From Vicugna vicugna (Eukaryota): DNA of 64,000 nt. The stretch covers positions 1,408,302 through 1,472,301 of the forward strand of contig MU061633.1 in NCBI GenBank assembly GCA_013265495.1, in the 5' to 3' direction. Under the pieces are notes generated by a model. It did no database searches and was not told the origin of the DNA. It was given only the letters and a program-made list of their open reading frames with translations. Of the stretch, positions 36,062 to 48,500 are shown piece by piece (positions within the stretch are counted from its first letter, which is position 1; each line of letters starts with the position of its first letter). A program made the translations under genes and the position numbers.

Positions 36062-39000
36062 GTACGAGCTTCAAGGAGGGCTTCGTGACTGCATCCTCAG
36101 AGCCGGGAGTCAGCCCAGCTTTGAGGAGAAAACTGAGAGTTGCATTTGAGTGGCAGAGTCTGGGATGTGATGTCAGGGGCAGCTTGAAGTAGGGATGTTG
36201 CCATTTGCCAAGTAACAGCTGAGAAGTAGTGTTACAGGCACAGCTCGTGCCCTGTCCTTTGTGAACCTCACAATCGTCCTGTGAGGTATGTGCTTTTGTG
36301 CCCATTGTACAGATGAGGAGATGGGGGTAGGGTGACTTGTCCAAGATCATGCAGCCAGTCGGTGGGATTGTTGAGGTTCAGTCCAAGGTCCATGTGGATC
36401 CAAGACCAGTGTTCTTTCCTGTGTAATATGGGGTGGAATTTCAGTTTCTCTTTGAGAAGTTTCTTTCCTCCGCACAAAATGCCTCTCTTGAAGCTGTGAG
36501 AAGTAACAGTGATGGTTAATAGTCAGGAATCTTTTGCTGTATGAGAGGCCCTGAGCCCAGCACTTCTCTCCACGCTCACCAGGCAAGGTGCGTGGTGGAG
36601 CTGCTGGCGTCGTGCAAATGGGGGGGCTGCGAGGTTCAGAGATGCTGAGTGATTGGCCTGAGTTTCTCGGGTATTCGGGGTTCTCACTCGGCGCCCATGT
36701 GACCTGAGCCCACACTCCTGTGCTCTCTGACGAGGAGTGTTTCTGCACCAGATACCACCTGGGGAAGAATCTTCCCAGGGAGGGTTACCGTGTCGTGCGT
36801 TGTCAAACATCCCCACGGGGCTCACACCAGGGGTGATGATTCACCACGTTACACTGCAGCCATGAAGAGCCTGTCCTGTCCCCCGAATCCACAGAGAGTG
36901 CGTGTGTTCCCATCTGCGTGGGGACAAGTCGAGACACAGAAGTGGCAACGTGAAAGGGTCACCCCACCCGGGGGGACTCGAGAGGTACCCAGAGCTGTAG
37001 CTTCAGGTCTGGTCTCGGCTGCTAAACCCAAATGCAGGGTTCTCCCTCGTGCCGGGGTCGTGCTGACGCAGGTTTGCGGGCCCCCGGGGCACAATGCCGT
37101 GCCTATTTCAGGCACACTGGGGCTATTTTCTGGGAAATGTGAGCTTTATTCAAAACACTGTTTTTTCAGAGCTTATTCTCCATTGAAATGGTGTTATAAA
37201 TGGGAGCTGTGTTCTGAGAGAGACCCCAAATGGCCCCATAGATTATCAAATACTGGAGAAAGTTAAAACAAGGCTTGGGCGTGAACGGTGCTCATCAGCG
37301 ATAACCGGTGGCCGGAACAGCAACAGCACGCGGAAGCCAAGGGTTTCACCCGCCAGGCTGTTCTTACCGTTCCGCACAGTATGTTCGAACGGGCCTGAGT
37401 GCACACCAGCGTGTCGAGGTGCAGCTCTGCGCTGTAAGAGGACTGTGTTGCTGCTCACCTCTGGGTAATGATACCCCCCCATCAGGGTAGCCACCTGCTT
37501 GGAGCAGAGCGTCCCTTTCTGCACCATAACGAGGACCGTGGGAAACCGCCAAACCTAATAAAATGATCACGGAGTCACCCTGAAAGGGTTCTTACCCGTC
37601 ACTGTGGTTACCAAGAAAGTGGTGACGAACTCTCCAGGCAGGCACGGCCTGGGTCTGTTCGGAAAGCCTCCAGGTAGTGGAGAATCTTGGAAAAGGAGAC
37701 AGGAGAGAATGACACCAGAGTCCTAGGGGCCAAGAGACCCCCTCACCTCCCTCCTACCCCTGTCTGTAATTTTATCTCAAGGGGACAGAGAAACCCATAA
37801 AATGGACTGACTCAGTGCCAAGTATATCTCTCCTGCCTTGAATAAATTCTAATTAGCTCTTTACCCAAGGCCCAGAAGACAAAGACCAAATTTGTGTCGT
37901 GATCCAGCTGCTGAAACACGCGCTTAGAGACTTGGCCACAGCAACCGTGGTCAGCTAAGGATAGACTCCTAACCCCCCTCCCCCAAAATCCCACAACTGA
38001 ACGTGGATGTCCTCCCCGCTGAAATCAGAGTGTTCTTCCAGGCTGCGCCTCGCAGGACATCAGATGCGGAGATTCGGCCTGAGCCAGTGAGACCCAGGGA
38101 GCACAGCCTCCCTGTGACTTTTATAAGGAGCCTGAAATGGGAGATGCTTCCTGCAGCCAGCTTGCCCTCACATTTGGAAAATGCCGATACTGTTTGAATG
38201 GAGCGCTTAGAAGACATAGTTGAAGATGGGCTGGTGCTCTGTGCAGAGATACTTCTCCTCTGTTTCATAGCCCTTAAGTTTTCTTCATTTCATTCTGTTG
38301 AACTGATTGAGCCATTTGCACGGAACGAGGATGTCTTGGACCTGCCCTTTGGGTTGCTGGTTTTCCACGGAGGGAAGCAGAGGTGTCTGCTTGCCGCAGA
38401 AGTCATTTCCACGCCGTGAACTTGGGGGGTTGGAAGGATGATGGCTTCCGGTGAGGCAGAAGCAGCTCATGATAAAGTTTCCACTAATAACGGGAATACA
38501 GAGGAGGGAAGCAGAAAGAATTATCCTGAATCCAGCTCAGAGATACTTTCAAAAAACTCAAGCTACCTCATGAAAATGCAAGGAGTTTGACCTAAATTGC
38601 CATCAGGCAAAGTCCCCTGTGCCTGAGCAGGGCTCCAGTAAGAGTTGGACAACCCAGCAATTCAGAAGCCCAAACACACCAGCCTTAAGCCACAGAAACA
38701 TTTTGCTGCCTAACCCTTCAGGTGGGAAGTCCGGTGAGATTCAGTCAAAGCTGTAAAAGCGCAGCGTGCAGAAGTTCCTCACTCGGGATCTTAACTCCCC
38801 ATACCCCCCACTTCACTGTATCTCTGTTAAGACTAATTATTTTTCAGGATTGCAAAGATTGGTTTGTTTTTCATCTTTAAGTGAAAATGAATTTATAGCA
38901 CCTGACTTTTTTTTTTTAGAACTAGAAGGATATTGAAAGGTTCATGCCATCTGCCACCCATTGTATGGCTAAGGAAACAGATCCCTGGAAAGGTTCAGGT

Positions 39001-42000
39001 CATGCAGTAGCTGAAGCAGGACAGAAAATTAAAGTGGGCCTTATGTGGCTTGTCACCAGATCTCCTAGTTTCTTCTTTCCCACGTTGAGGAAGAGGGTCC
39101 ATCTCTGTCCCGTCCTCCTCACACAGTTGTCCCGGGACCCATGGAGACAGTACATGAGGAGGATTGTGTAGAACGCAGGGCCCTTGACTCCTGGGAGGGA
39201 CCCCTGCCCGGACAGTAAGGCCCTGACCCCACAGCCCCCTCCAGGGTGGGGAGGAAGGTGGGAGCACTGTGGTACCGTGTGCCGCCCCCCAGAACCGGTG
39301 CTTAAAAACAGTGTTGCTTGCTTATGGTTGGTTTGCTTGCTTACTTGCTTGATTAACAGTTTCTAAACAGATTTTAAGCTGCAGAACTGCAGTTTTCTCC
39401 CATCGTACAATTCCGCACCTTCTACCCCCCTGTGACACAGACTGTACCTGGTGTGAGCTTTTTCTGGAGGTTCATGAGGACAGGACGCTTTCGGCTGAGC
39501 GCCTGGCATCTAGTCAGTGTCCCAAGGAGGAAGGGAAGACACGGCTGCTGGCTTTACAGCCACTGTACCTCCTCACCTTTAAAAAGGAGTCCCTTTGGGA
39601 ATAGGAGCCCAAATGAGGCCACCCACGTCGGGTAGATTAGCAGATGCTCTGAATGGTGAATCCTGGTGTGACGTGGCACCTGTAACTCAAAGGGTTCGTC
39701 AAGTCATTGAACGATGAATCTGATCCCAAGTAGCTTACTTAACTTACTTAAAAGAACTAAGTCTTCATGTTTTTAGAAACACAAAGTGATAAGCTAACTT
39801 TAATTCATTCCCATCTCATGAAATCAGCCCCCTGGACTCGGCATTAGGTGGCCCCTCTGCATATCCTGTGAGTACCTGTGTTAATCCTGCAGTCCACGCA
39901 CGTTTTCTGTCACGTGAACTTCCTGTTTCACACCGACTCCAGCCTTGGTCTGATAAACTGGCAGGTGACCTGCGCAGAAGCCATGCAGGGCTGGCACACG
40001 GGGGGCTCAGTGGGTGCTTGTCCCAGAGAAAGCTGAACTTTGCTGCCCTTGCTGTCAGGTTAGGTGAAGAAACTAAGCACCCTCATTAGTCCAGGAATAT
40101 ACAGTAACATGCCGTATATACAGGGCAGATCCGCCTGTGAAGCAGACCGTGGCTGCTGGGCAGCCGTGAGCCCTCGTGGATTTAGACCCTGCTTTCTCCC
40201 CTTCTCTCCCTTGCCCCACCCAGGAGACAGGGGTTCCTCGCCGCTGAGTGCTCATCCTGTCCCTGTCCTGCTCTTGTTTTCACATTTACTAATCTTGCTG
40301 GTCAGGGTCTTCATCTGAAAAACAAGGATTGGGTGTGTGTCTGTCTGGGTCCTTGCTCAGAACATGGAACGGTGTCTGTACAGTGACAGTCACGGTGTGA
40401 GTGTTCAGTCCGTGGGAGACTGTTCGGTGCTGCTGAATGTGTTCAGCTCAGCGGTGTGCTGGGCCCAGGGGAGGGAGAGAGGGGAGGGGAGGGAGCTCCT
40501 GGGGAGAGGATGCGGTGACCTGTGCCGTCGGGGGCAGCACTGGTGCCAGTCCAAAAGGAAATTGTTCCACTGCCTCCCGGGAGGCAGTGCTCCTCCAGTA
40601 CAGGGCCACGAATGCACTGTCCCCGCATGCCCGGCACAGAGGGGACGTGCTCTCTCAGTGCTTGTTGAGTGAATAAACAACGGCAGAATTGGTGAAAGCA
40701 TGTCCCAGAAATGTGTGGCCAGAGCAAGGAAGGGATGCTCGTGAAACTAACCCAGATGTCCTGGGGTATGGGTGTTCACTTCCTGAAAATCCTCCTGCAC
40801 AACGTTCATGCCCACACTCCTCTGTGGAAGCAAGTCCACCATTTCTCCGACCTCATCTGAGGTCTGTGGCAGTTGTTGGAGAGGGCAGAGGGGGCGGCCA
40901 GGGAGAAGGCCTGGGGACACGAAGGCGGCAAGGACGCTACCAAGTGCGTGGCTGGATGAGTCAGGCTTGCCTGGGAGAGATTTTCCTGTGAGACGTTCCT
41001 CGTGTATCGATGACGCTAGAGTTTCCTGAGGTTTTTTAATCTCATGGGAAGGCGGCCGTTTAAGTGGGTCCATTTGAAAGCTTCCCGTGGACTGTTGTCC
41101 TTCATTCATGTGAGATTTTCCTCCTTTTTTTTTTTTTTTTGGCCTGTTTTTGTCAGTCTCTCTCAGTCCTTTTTAAGCATTACACGTCTGTCACCTTGCT
41201 GGCCAAGAGCATGTCTGTGACCCTTGCCTCCAGCGGTGGCCGCAGGCACAGGCTCACCGGCCGGGTCTCCTGACTGCTGGGGGTGGCGGGAGGCTGAGGA
41301 AGTGCTGGGTGCACATGTGAGCAAGTGTGAGTGAGTTATAGCGAGCCAGCCCTAAGCCCCTAGGTCGCACTTGCTCTTAGCGATCAGTGTCCTGGAAGGA
41401 GCTTGAAGGGCACGTGAAGAGCTAACACGTGTTCCGTGTGACTCGCCGTGTCACGCTGTCAGCCCCGCCACCCACCTACCGAGGTGTCCCCCACGCTCCA
41501 GCCTGCCTCGCGGGGCCTCTCTCACCCCATCCAAGCCTGGAGATACTAATAGCTCCTCCACACACAGCTCTTCTCTAGACAAAATATTGCTTCCTTATCC
41601 ACTTCTGAAGTGACAAACTTTCCACCCTGATAAGCTCTGTTCTATGAAAACCGTTAGAAAATGGTAAATTTTTCACTTGTGTTGTCCGCAGTGGTATACA
41701 TAACTGTGTCGTTAACACTGATGAATGTCGTGTTAGAATATGTGTATTGGACTTCTACAGACAATTTTCTCCCAAAACTGTCAGGATAATTTTTAAAGCC
41801 ATCTTCCTGGTCTTGTCTTTCCTTTGAAATTTCAAAGGTACATTTTTATTTGGTCTCCCAGCTTGGAAGACCTCTGGGTTTTCTGTTTTACTGAAAATCA
41901 AAAGTATAAGGACATTGAAAAAGAATCCTCCTGACTTGCACGGTGAATTATTTCCATAGACTAGCCTGGCGTGCCCAGAACATGCCAGGCACTGAGAGAG

Positions 42001-45000
42001 AGAGAGAGTGCGCGTGGCTCTTGCTCTGAGGAGGCTCCCAGCCAGGGACAGAGGAGGCAGAGTGGCTGTCATGCAGGACAGAGAATGGATGCTGTTAACC
42101 TTGTGACATCAGAGATAGAAGCCGTTGCTCCAGGGCAGAGGGGTGGATGAGTGGAGGCCTCTGGGTGTGGTGACATTGGAGCTGACCCCTGACAGATGCA
42201 GAGGTGAGGAGGGAACACAGTGAGTATGGTGGCTTCTGAGATGCCTGGGGTTGGCACGCACAGGGGCTTCCCGAGCTCCGGCCCCGTGCGGAGCGCACTT
42301 CTCAGCTGCACTCCCGTTGGGGACTCCACGAGCTGATGACGGTGAGGTGCTCATGGCAGCCCAGCTCATCGGCGTTCAGTGGGGCCGCTAGAGCTGAAGG
42401 CACAGCAGAATGTCCAGCTGAGCGCCCAGCAGGCTGTGGGGTGCAGGACAGCAGCCCAGGCAGGTGGACCCCAGTCAGGGCTGCGGTGCACTTCGCCTCC
42501 TCGGGGAGGACCTTGTCATAATTTATCCTCAGAACTCCTTCGAAACCTAGACCCATTTTTTTAAGAAGAATCGCTGGAAGATAGTTTGACATAATAGCCA
42601 GTATTATTGGCAGATGAGGTTTGGGGTGTTTTCTGCTTACTCCCACGGGCCCTGGCAGAGTTCACAGGAGAAAACGGGCTGTCAGAGCACCCCCCCACAC
42701 ACACACACGCCGTTCACATTGCCTCCCACCTCTTTTGAGTTTGTTTGATGCTGTACTTGTTTTCTTTTAGCTGTCTTTGACCTGCCAGGATTGCTGCTTT
42801 CCTGACTGGGCCAATACTCAAGAGTCATTTTGCATGAAACATGCTTAGAGACTAGTTACTCATTTTGGAAGTCTTTTGAGCTCTTCACAAGTTAAAAAAT
42901 TTTGCTTGCTTTTCTGGGGTCTGGTACAAAGTTCTACACCCTTTTTTAGCTCATGCCCTAGCAGCCAGGAAGATTTGGTGGCATCTTCCTTTCTGTCGCT
43001 TCTATTACAAAACAATCGTGGGTCTGTGTGTGTGTTTTCTGTGAAGTTAGATCACAGTATTGAATATTCCCTTTCGAACTTCATTCACACCATCCCTCCC
43101 TGGTTCTCCTCTCTCCCTGGTTTTTGATCCTTAAGGATCACTAGCCTTAAAACAAAAGAAGTAGCAGTTTATTCATCCATCTGTTTGATACTTTGTTACT
43201 AAATTCAGCTCACCATACACCAGGCCAGAGGAAAGCCTGGCCCTAATAGAGCCTGCAGCCTGGTGGGGGAGAGAGGCAGTAAACAAGTAAGCAAAGATGA
43301 ATAATTACAGACTGTAGTAGCTGATATGAAGAAAGTAAGACCAGGCTGTGATGACATGTGATGAAGAGAATCCCTGCATTCTTGAAATAATGACTCAGGA
43401 GGCTTGATTTTGCCTGGTTTGTGGTTACAGGACAACCTTGGTCTGATCGCTGCTTAAGACAACTTTGCCCAGAGACACAGCTCCATTGGCTGGTTGTGTT
43501 TCCGGGCAGGATTTGGATCTGATTGAATGGCCTTTCAGATGCACTGCGTCAGAAAGTCCCTAGATGGCGATGGAGAACCCCATCATTGCTGGAGAACCTC
43601 AGCACTGTCCATTATCTATTCTCCGTTTATTTCCAGGAGGAAAGTCACACTTCCTAGTACTGAGCGTTGTTTTTGCTGATTCCCTCGGGTGCCGAGCACA
43701 GGAAATGCTGGCCCTGCCCCCCACCCCCACCCCGACACCCGCGTTGTGGTCCAGCTCTGCCCCACACGGCTGTGTATTCTTGATCGCGCTCCGCCCGGCT
43801 TTCCTGGCTGCAGGATGGAGCCAGTAACACCTGGCCCACGTGCCGCACGGGGTTGCTATGAAAGTCAAGGGGACTAGCACGTAGGCACACATTTTGAAAG
43901 CTGGAAAGCATGAGACGAATGCAAGACTTTATCGTTACAGCAGTAAAGTAATTTCTGAAACAGCACTGATGTGGGGTAACAGTAAGACTGCCATCATGTA
44001 TCCCATCGGTGGGATTGAGAATAAATGACACAGCCAGGGCCATTCCATCCTAAAGCAGATGGTCATTTTGCTGAAAGGAACAGTATTTATTTCCAAGACA
44101 GGACTATCTTTGAGAAACAAGGATTTAAGTCAGTGTTGGTAGTGACCAGTAACTGGTAATGGGAAATAGCAAAGCTAACTTTCCCAAGGACGGAGGCCAG
44201 CAGTAGGTGAGCTTTTCTTTTAATGTACAGAAGGTAGCACGCTCTTTTGGAGCCTTTACGGATCACCAGGTACCTACTATCCTGTGTTAAACATTTGGTG
44301 GGGCAGTGTTCTGAGCTTTTTTTGGTTTCTTTCCTTTTTTCTTTCTCTCGTGATGTTTGCAGAGGCAGTTGTCCGTGAACATAGTTAGACCACATACCTG
44401 GTTATAATCATAAAGGGAGATTCGTCAGAGTGCCCAGCATACCGTGCCTAGCACACACCAGCCACTTCAGTGTCACTTTGAAGAAACAAAATCAACAGCA
44501 TATATACTGTGCACTCCCATAAAGCTCTTAAAAACAGACCTTGCTTTTTATTCTCAAAATATTAGTTCAAAAAGTGAACTTTTGCAGGAATGGGATGTGT
44601 GTGGTATTGATGTCATTACTGCCGTTCTGTCTTTGTCTGAAGAAAGTTGAGGCTTTTTGAAAAATCTATAGAAATCAGTGTCTAACTTAAATAACTTGTT
44701 CAGGCTTCCTATATTATAGTAGGTGGTTTATGATTTCTAGAACAATTCAGAATTGGAAGAAAAAAGGGGTTTTGGACTTCCTTCTTTCCAAGCAACCCTT
44801 TATATTAGAGCCCTCATTATTTACAAAAGTCATTAAAAAAAACTTCAGGGAGAGTTTGCCGACTAAAAGAAAAAGTTGTAGTGGAGAGAAAAACCCTGTT
44901 CTGTGAATCCTGTCCTGTTTCCAGCTGAGGCCCACTGGAAGTTTATAGCGGCCCCTGCTCTTTCTCCAGTGGTTTTGCTGGCAGTGCTGTGTCCCTTCTT

Positions 45001-45338
45001 TCTCAGTAGGTTTTGCGGTGGTTCCAGCGACTTACTGGTTTCAGACGTGTGTGTTTTGTTTTCCGCATCATACCTAAATGACGACCAAGCGTTCTGTGTT
45101 GACCAGCATTTTGTTCCTTGAAGGCCCGCACTCTCCTTCTTAGTTTATTTTTACCAGCAGTTTTTTTTTTTTAAAGCCCTGTTAGTGAGTTACTGGGCTG
45201 ATGGACTTGGCCGTCCCCAGCCTCGTGCTTCTGTCCCTGTGTGTCACACGTGCCACACTGGATGCGTGGAAGTAACTGCATACGGGCTGTTCTGTCTGTG
45301 CAACTGGGATTAACCTTCCTGCCCCATTCGATTCCTTT

Positions 45339-45526
45339 NNNNNNNNNNNNNNNNNNNNNNNNNNNNNNNNNNNNNNNNNNNNNNNNNNNNNNNNNNNNNN
45401 NNNNNNNNNNNNNNNNNNNNNNNNNNNNNNNNNNNNNNNNNNNNNNNNNNNNNNNNNNNNNNNNNNNNNNNNNNNNNNNNNNNNNNNNNNNNNNNNNNNN
45501 NNNNNNNNNNNNNNNNNNNNNNNNNN
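45339..45526. other. Assembly gap (188 N)
   Basis: Run of N counted directly. Confidence 0.99.
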
Positions 45527-48500
45527 CAGCTGAGGGGGCAGGGGACACTCGGCCTACGCAGCAGACGGGCCAGACCGCACGCACGCTGGGCGGGGCCTGG
45601 AGACGTATGGTTGTACAGCCTCTCAAGGCCGAGAAACATTGTGGAAAGTACTTAACCACCATCTAAAACCTATCAGCGTGATACGGTGCTGAGCAATTTT
45701 GTGCACCAGAGACCATACTGATAAGCTTTCCACAAAATCATCCCATCCCAGAAGCAACTCTGAGAGGGAGAGGTTATCAGCCGCATTTACAAAGGAGGAA
45801 ACAGAGGCTCAGAAAAGCAAAGTGATCCTCCTTACAGCAGCCAGAGTGGTTTTCTCCAACCCCGAATCAGATCGCCGTCCCCCGTCACCCTGTGCTTGAG
45901 GTCAGCATGAGCTCCTCACCCCAGGACCCCCAGGACCTGGAAGGCCCTGCATGGTCTCCCAACCCCATCCTCCACCCAGCCTCGCTGGCCTCTTCCACCC
46001 CCAGGTCCACCGGGCCCTCTCCTCCTGGGCCCGTCCCCTCCCGGCAGCTCTGGCATGCGCTTTCAAGGCTGGCCCCCTTCCGTCCTCCTCAGCCTGCATG
46101 TCTGTCTCCCTGGCTGTCCTCGCTGAGGGACCCTGTCCCCACCGTTTTCTCCCGGGCCCTGTATCACAGCTGGCAGGTATCTTACTTGTGTTTGGTTGTC
46201 TGGTCTCCAGAATGTCAGCTCCCTGAGAGCAGGAACCTTGTCTGTCTTGTTCTGTTCTGTGTTCACTGAGCCTAGAATCGAGCCCGGTATGCAGTAGGTG
46301 CTCAGCAGTTAGCTGAGGATAAAGAAACCTACCCTGAGTCAATCAGTAATTTACCATTTCCATGACACTGACTGCAGATAACAAATTTCCATCCATGAGG
46401 AACTCAGTTTCCATCTCTGTCTACCGCTTCAGTTCACCAGAACTCTCCACCAGCCGGCCCGCCATTTCCGGCAAGAGCCGGGCCCCCCCGGTGCCTGCGG
46501 GGCCCTGGCTCTGCTGGTTTGCACATCTCCCTCCTCCTTCCAGTGAGGTGCATTGTGGTCTTTTTGTTTTTCAGTTGTAACTGATAGATAACCCAGCTTT
46601 TAAAGGCCTCATCAAAAAGCCCATATTGGGTGTTCTGAATTCGGGGAGCTTTTAGAAAAAGCCCATTGGCAGGTCGGCACACCCGTATGTCACGTGCTCT
46701 GCCCCTCACCCAGCTCGCCTGTGCCCGTGGTTTGGGCTTCTCGCCCCGTGTGCTCCAGGAGCTCGTGCTTCAGGAAATGCTCTTTCCTGACACGTGACCT
46801 GGATACTGTGGAAATGCTGAACTGCCGTGTCCGGCTGCGTGGGGAGGCTTCCAGGGGAAGGGAACACTTGCAGCAGGTGTTGACAGTTCAGTTCCTGGTG
46901 AGACAAGGCGGGGGAAGAGCCACGGAGGGTGCGGCTCGGGCCTGCATCCGTCCCACCAGGCCCTTCCCGCCGCCAGAGGCCCCCCTCCAGGCCCTTCAGG
47001 AGTCCCCGGGGTCGTCCAGACAGATTTTGCCTGCAAATAGCATTCCACCGAAGGTCACAAGTTTCCTGCCGATTTTCATACCACAAACCACAGATTACCC
47101 TTCTTTCAAGTGTCACTAACTTGTGCTTACTTGGTCTTTATTTCTACGTAAAGTTTACAGTGCCTCATAGACTCCGTTGTCTGCAGTTAAATTTACCAAA
47201 TCTTTGCTTTCTGGCTTAGGAATCGTCACTTTTTTAGGTTTCCTTCACGTGGCTAAGCCGCAGGACTGGCAGCTGGCGTCTGTTTTGTTTTGGGTGGTTT
47301 TTGTTGGGACAAGGGGCATTTTTCACTAAGAAGCAAAATCACCCTTTTATGAGAGTGAGTTGGTGCCTCCAGACGGTGAGCCAGGAGCGGTCAGGCTCTG
47401 GAGGGCGTGGGCCCTGAGCAGTTCCTCTCACCGGCCACAGCCTCCCGCCTACCATCAGCCTTGAGGGGCGGAAACCAAAATCTGTCCTCACAAAAGTGCC
47501 GATTGTCCATGTCACAGACTGGTGGTCACTCACGAGCAACCCTAGAGGGTAATCTTGTGACCATCAGGTCCATCCTTTCTGAGTTGGTGTGTGTGCACGT
47601 AGGTGAGATGTTCCTAAAGGCATCTTCTGATGCAGGTCAGTAACAGGCCTCTCACCAGGCAGGCGACAGTGGCTCTGATCCCGCCTTCGTGCTTTATGTT
47701 GTGTGATCACTGCTGGGTTTTATCGCTGCCTGACTCCCACTGACACTGGTCTGGAAGCCTAAAGGCAGGGGCCAGACTGTTATTAATAAAGCACAGGGGA
47801 TATGGGATTCCGAGGCAGCATTTTATGGTGCCTGCAGGTTCCCTCTGTGGGTGCGCTCTTAGGTTCCCCTAAACCTCCTGACTCTTCCCAGCCCTTGATA
47901 TGAGGGCCTTTGGACTGTCCGACATCAGGCCCAGGGCTAGGGGGTCAAACACCAGAGATGAGGAGGTGGTGTAACACACACACTGAGCTCTCCCCTCACT
48001 TACCCGCCCTGACACAGGACCTGCCCGCCGTGCTGAGGTACATCAAGTTCCCGAGCTGCATTCCCTCCTCTAAGATCCGAGCCTCTGCTCGTCCACTCAC
48101 TGGTGCAAATGCGCGGTCATCCTTCAAGGTCTGCTCTGCAGGGACCTGCTTCAGAGAACGTCCCCAGTCGTGTCGTCACCCCCAGGCCCACTCTCCGTTC
48201 CTTCTGGCGAGGGGGTTGTCGCACAACGACTCTGGCTGCTTCTCTGTCTTGCCCAGGGCACCGTGAGCTCCTTGCGAGGGCGCGAGCTTCTGCGTGGACC
48301 TGGTGTCATCCTGCCTGGCGTCTCAGCCGTCTCTGCCACGTGGTAGCCCTGTGGCTCTCAGCAGTTATTCTTGAGTAGGTCCGTACCTGCGACCTCAGTC
48401 TCTCTGGCTATAAAATGGGGCTAGTTAATAGTAAAACATCTCGTTCTTAACTACAGTTCCACAGAGTAGGAAATCTCGGGCCTTGCCTTTCAGGACCCTG

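Noticed and set aside
35641-36192. 183-aa ORF overlapping the 35833-36061 exon
   Set aside because: Only read-through of the true exon into its flanking introns. The same applies to 21499-21906, 30613-30858, 60219-60866 and 62429-62755.
42755-42810. Strong orphan acceptor (tacttgttttcttttag|ctg) followed by an in-frame TGA
   Set aside because: No consensus donor or poly(A) signal nearby.
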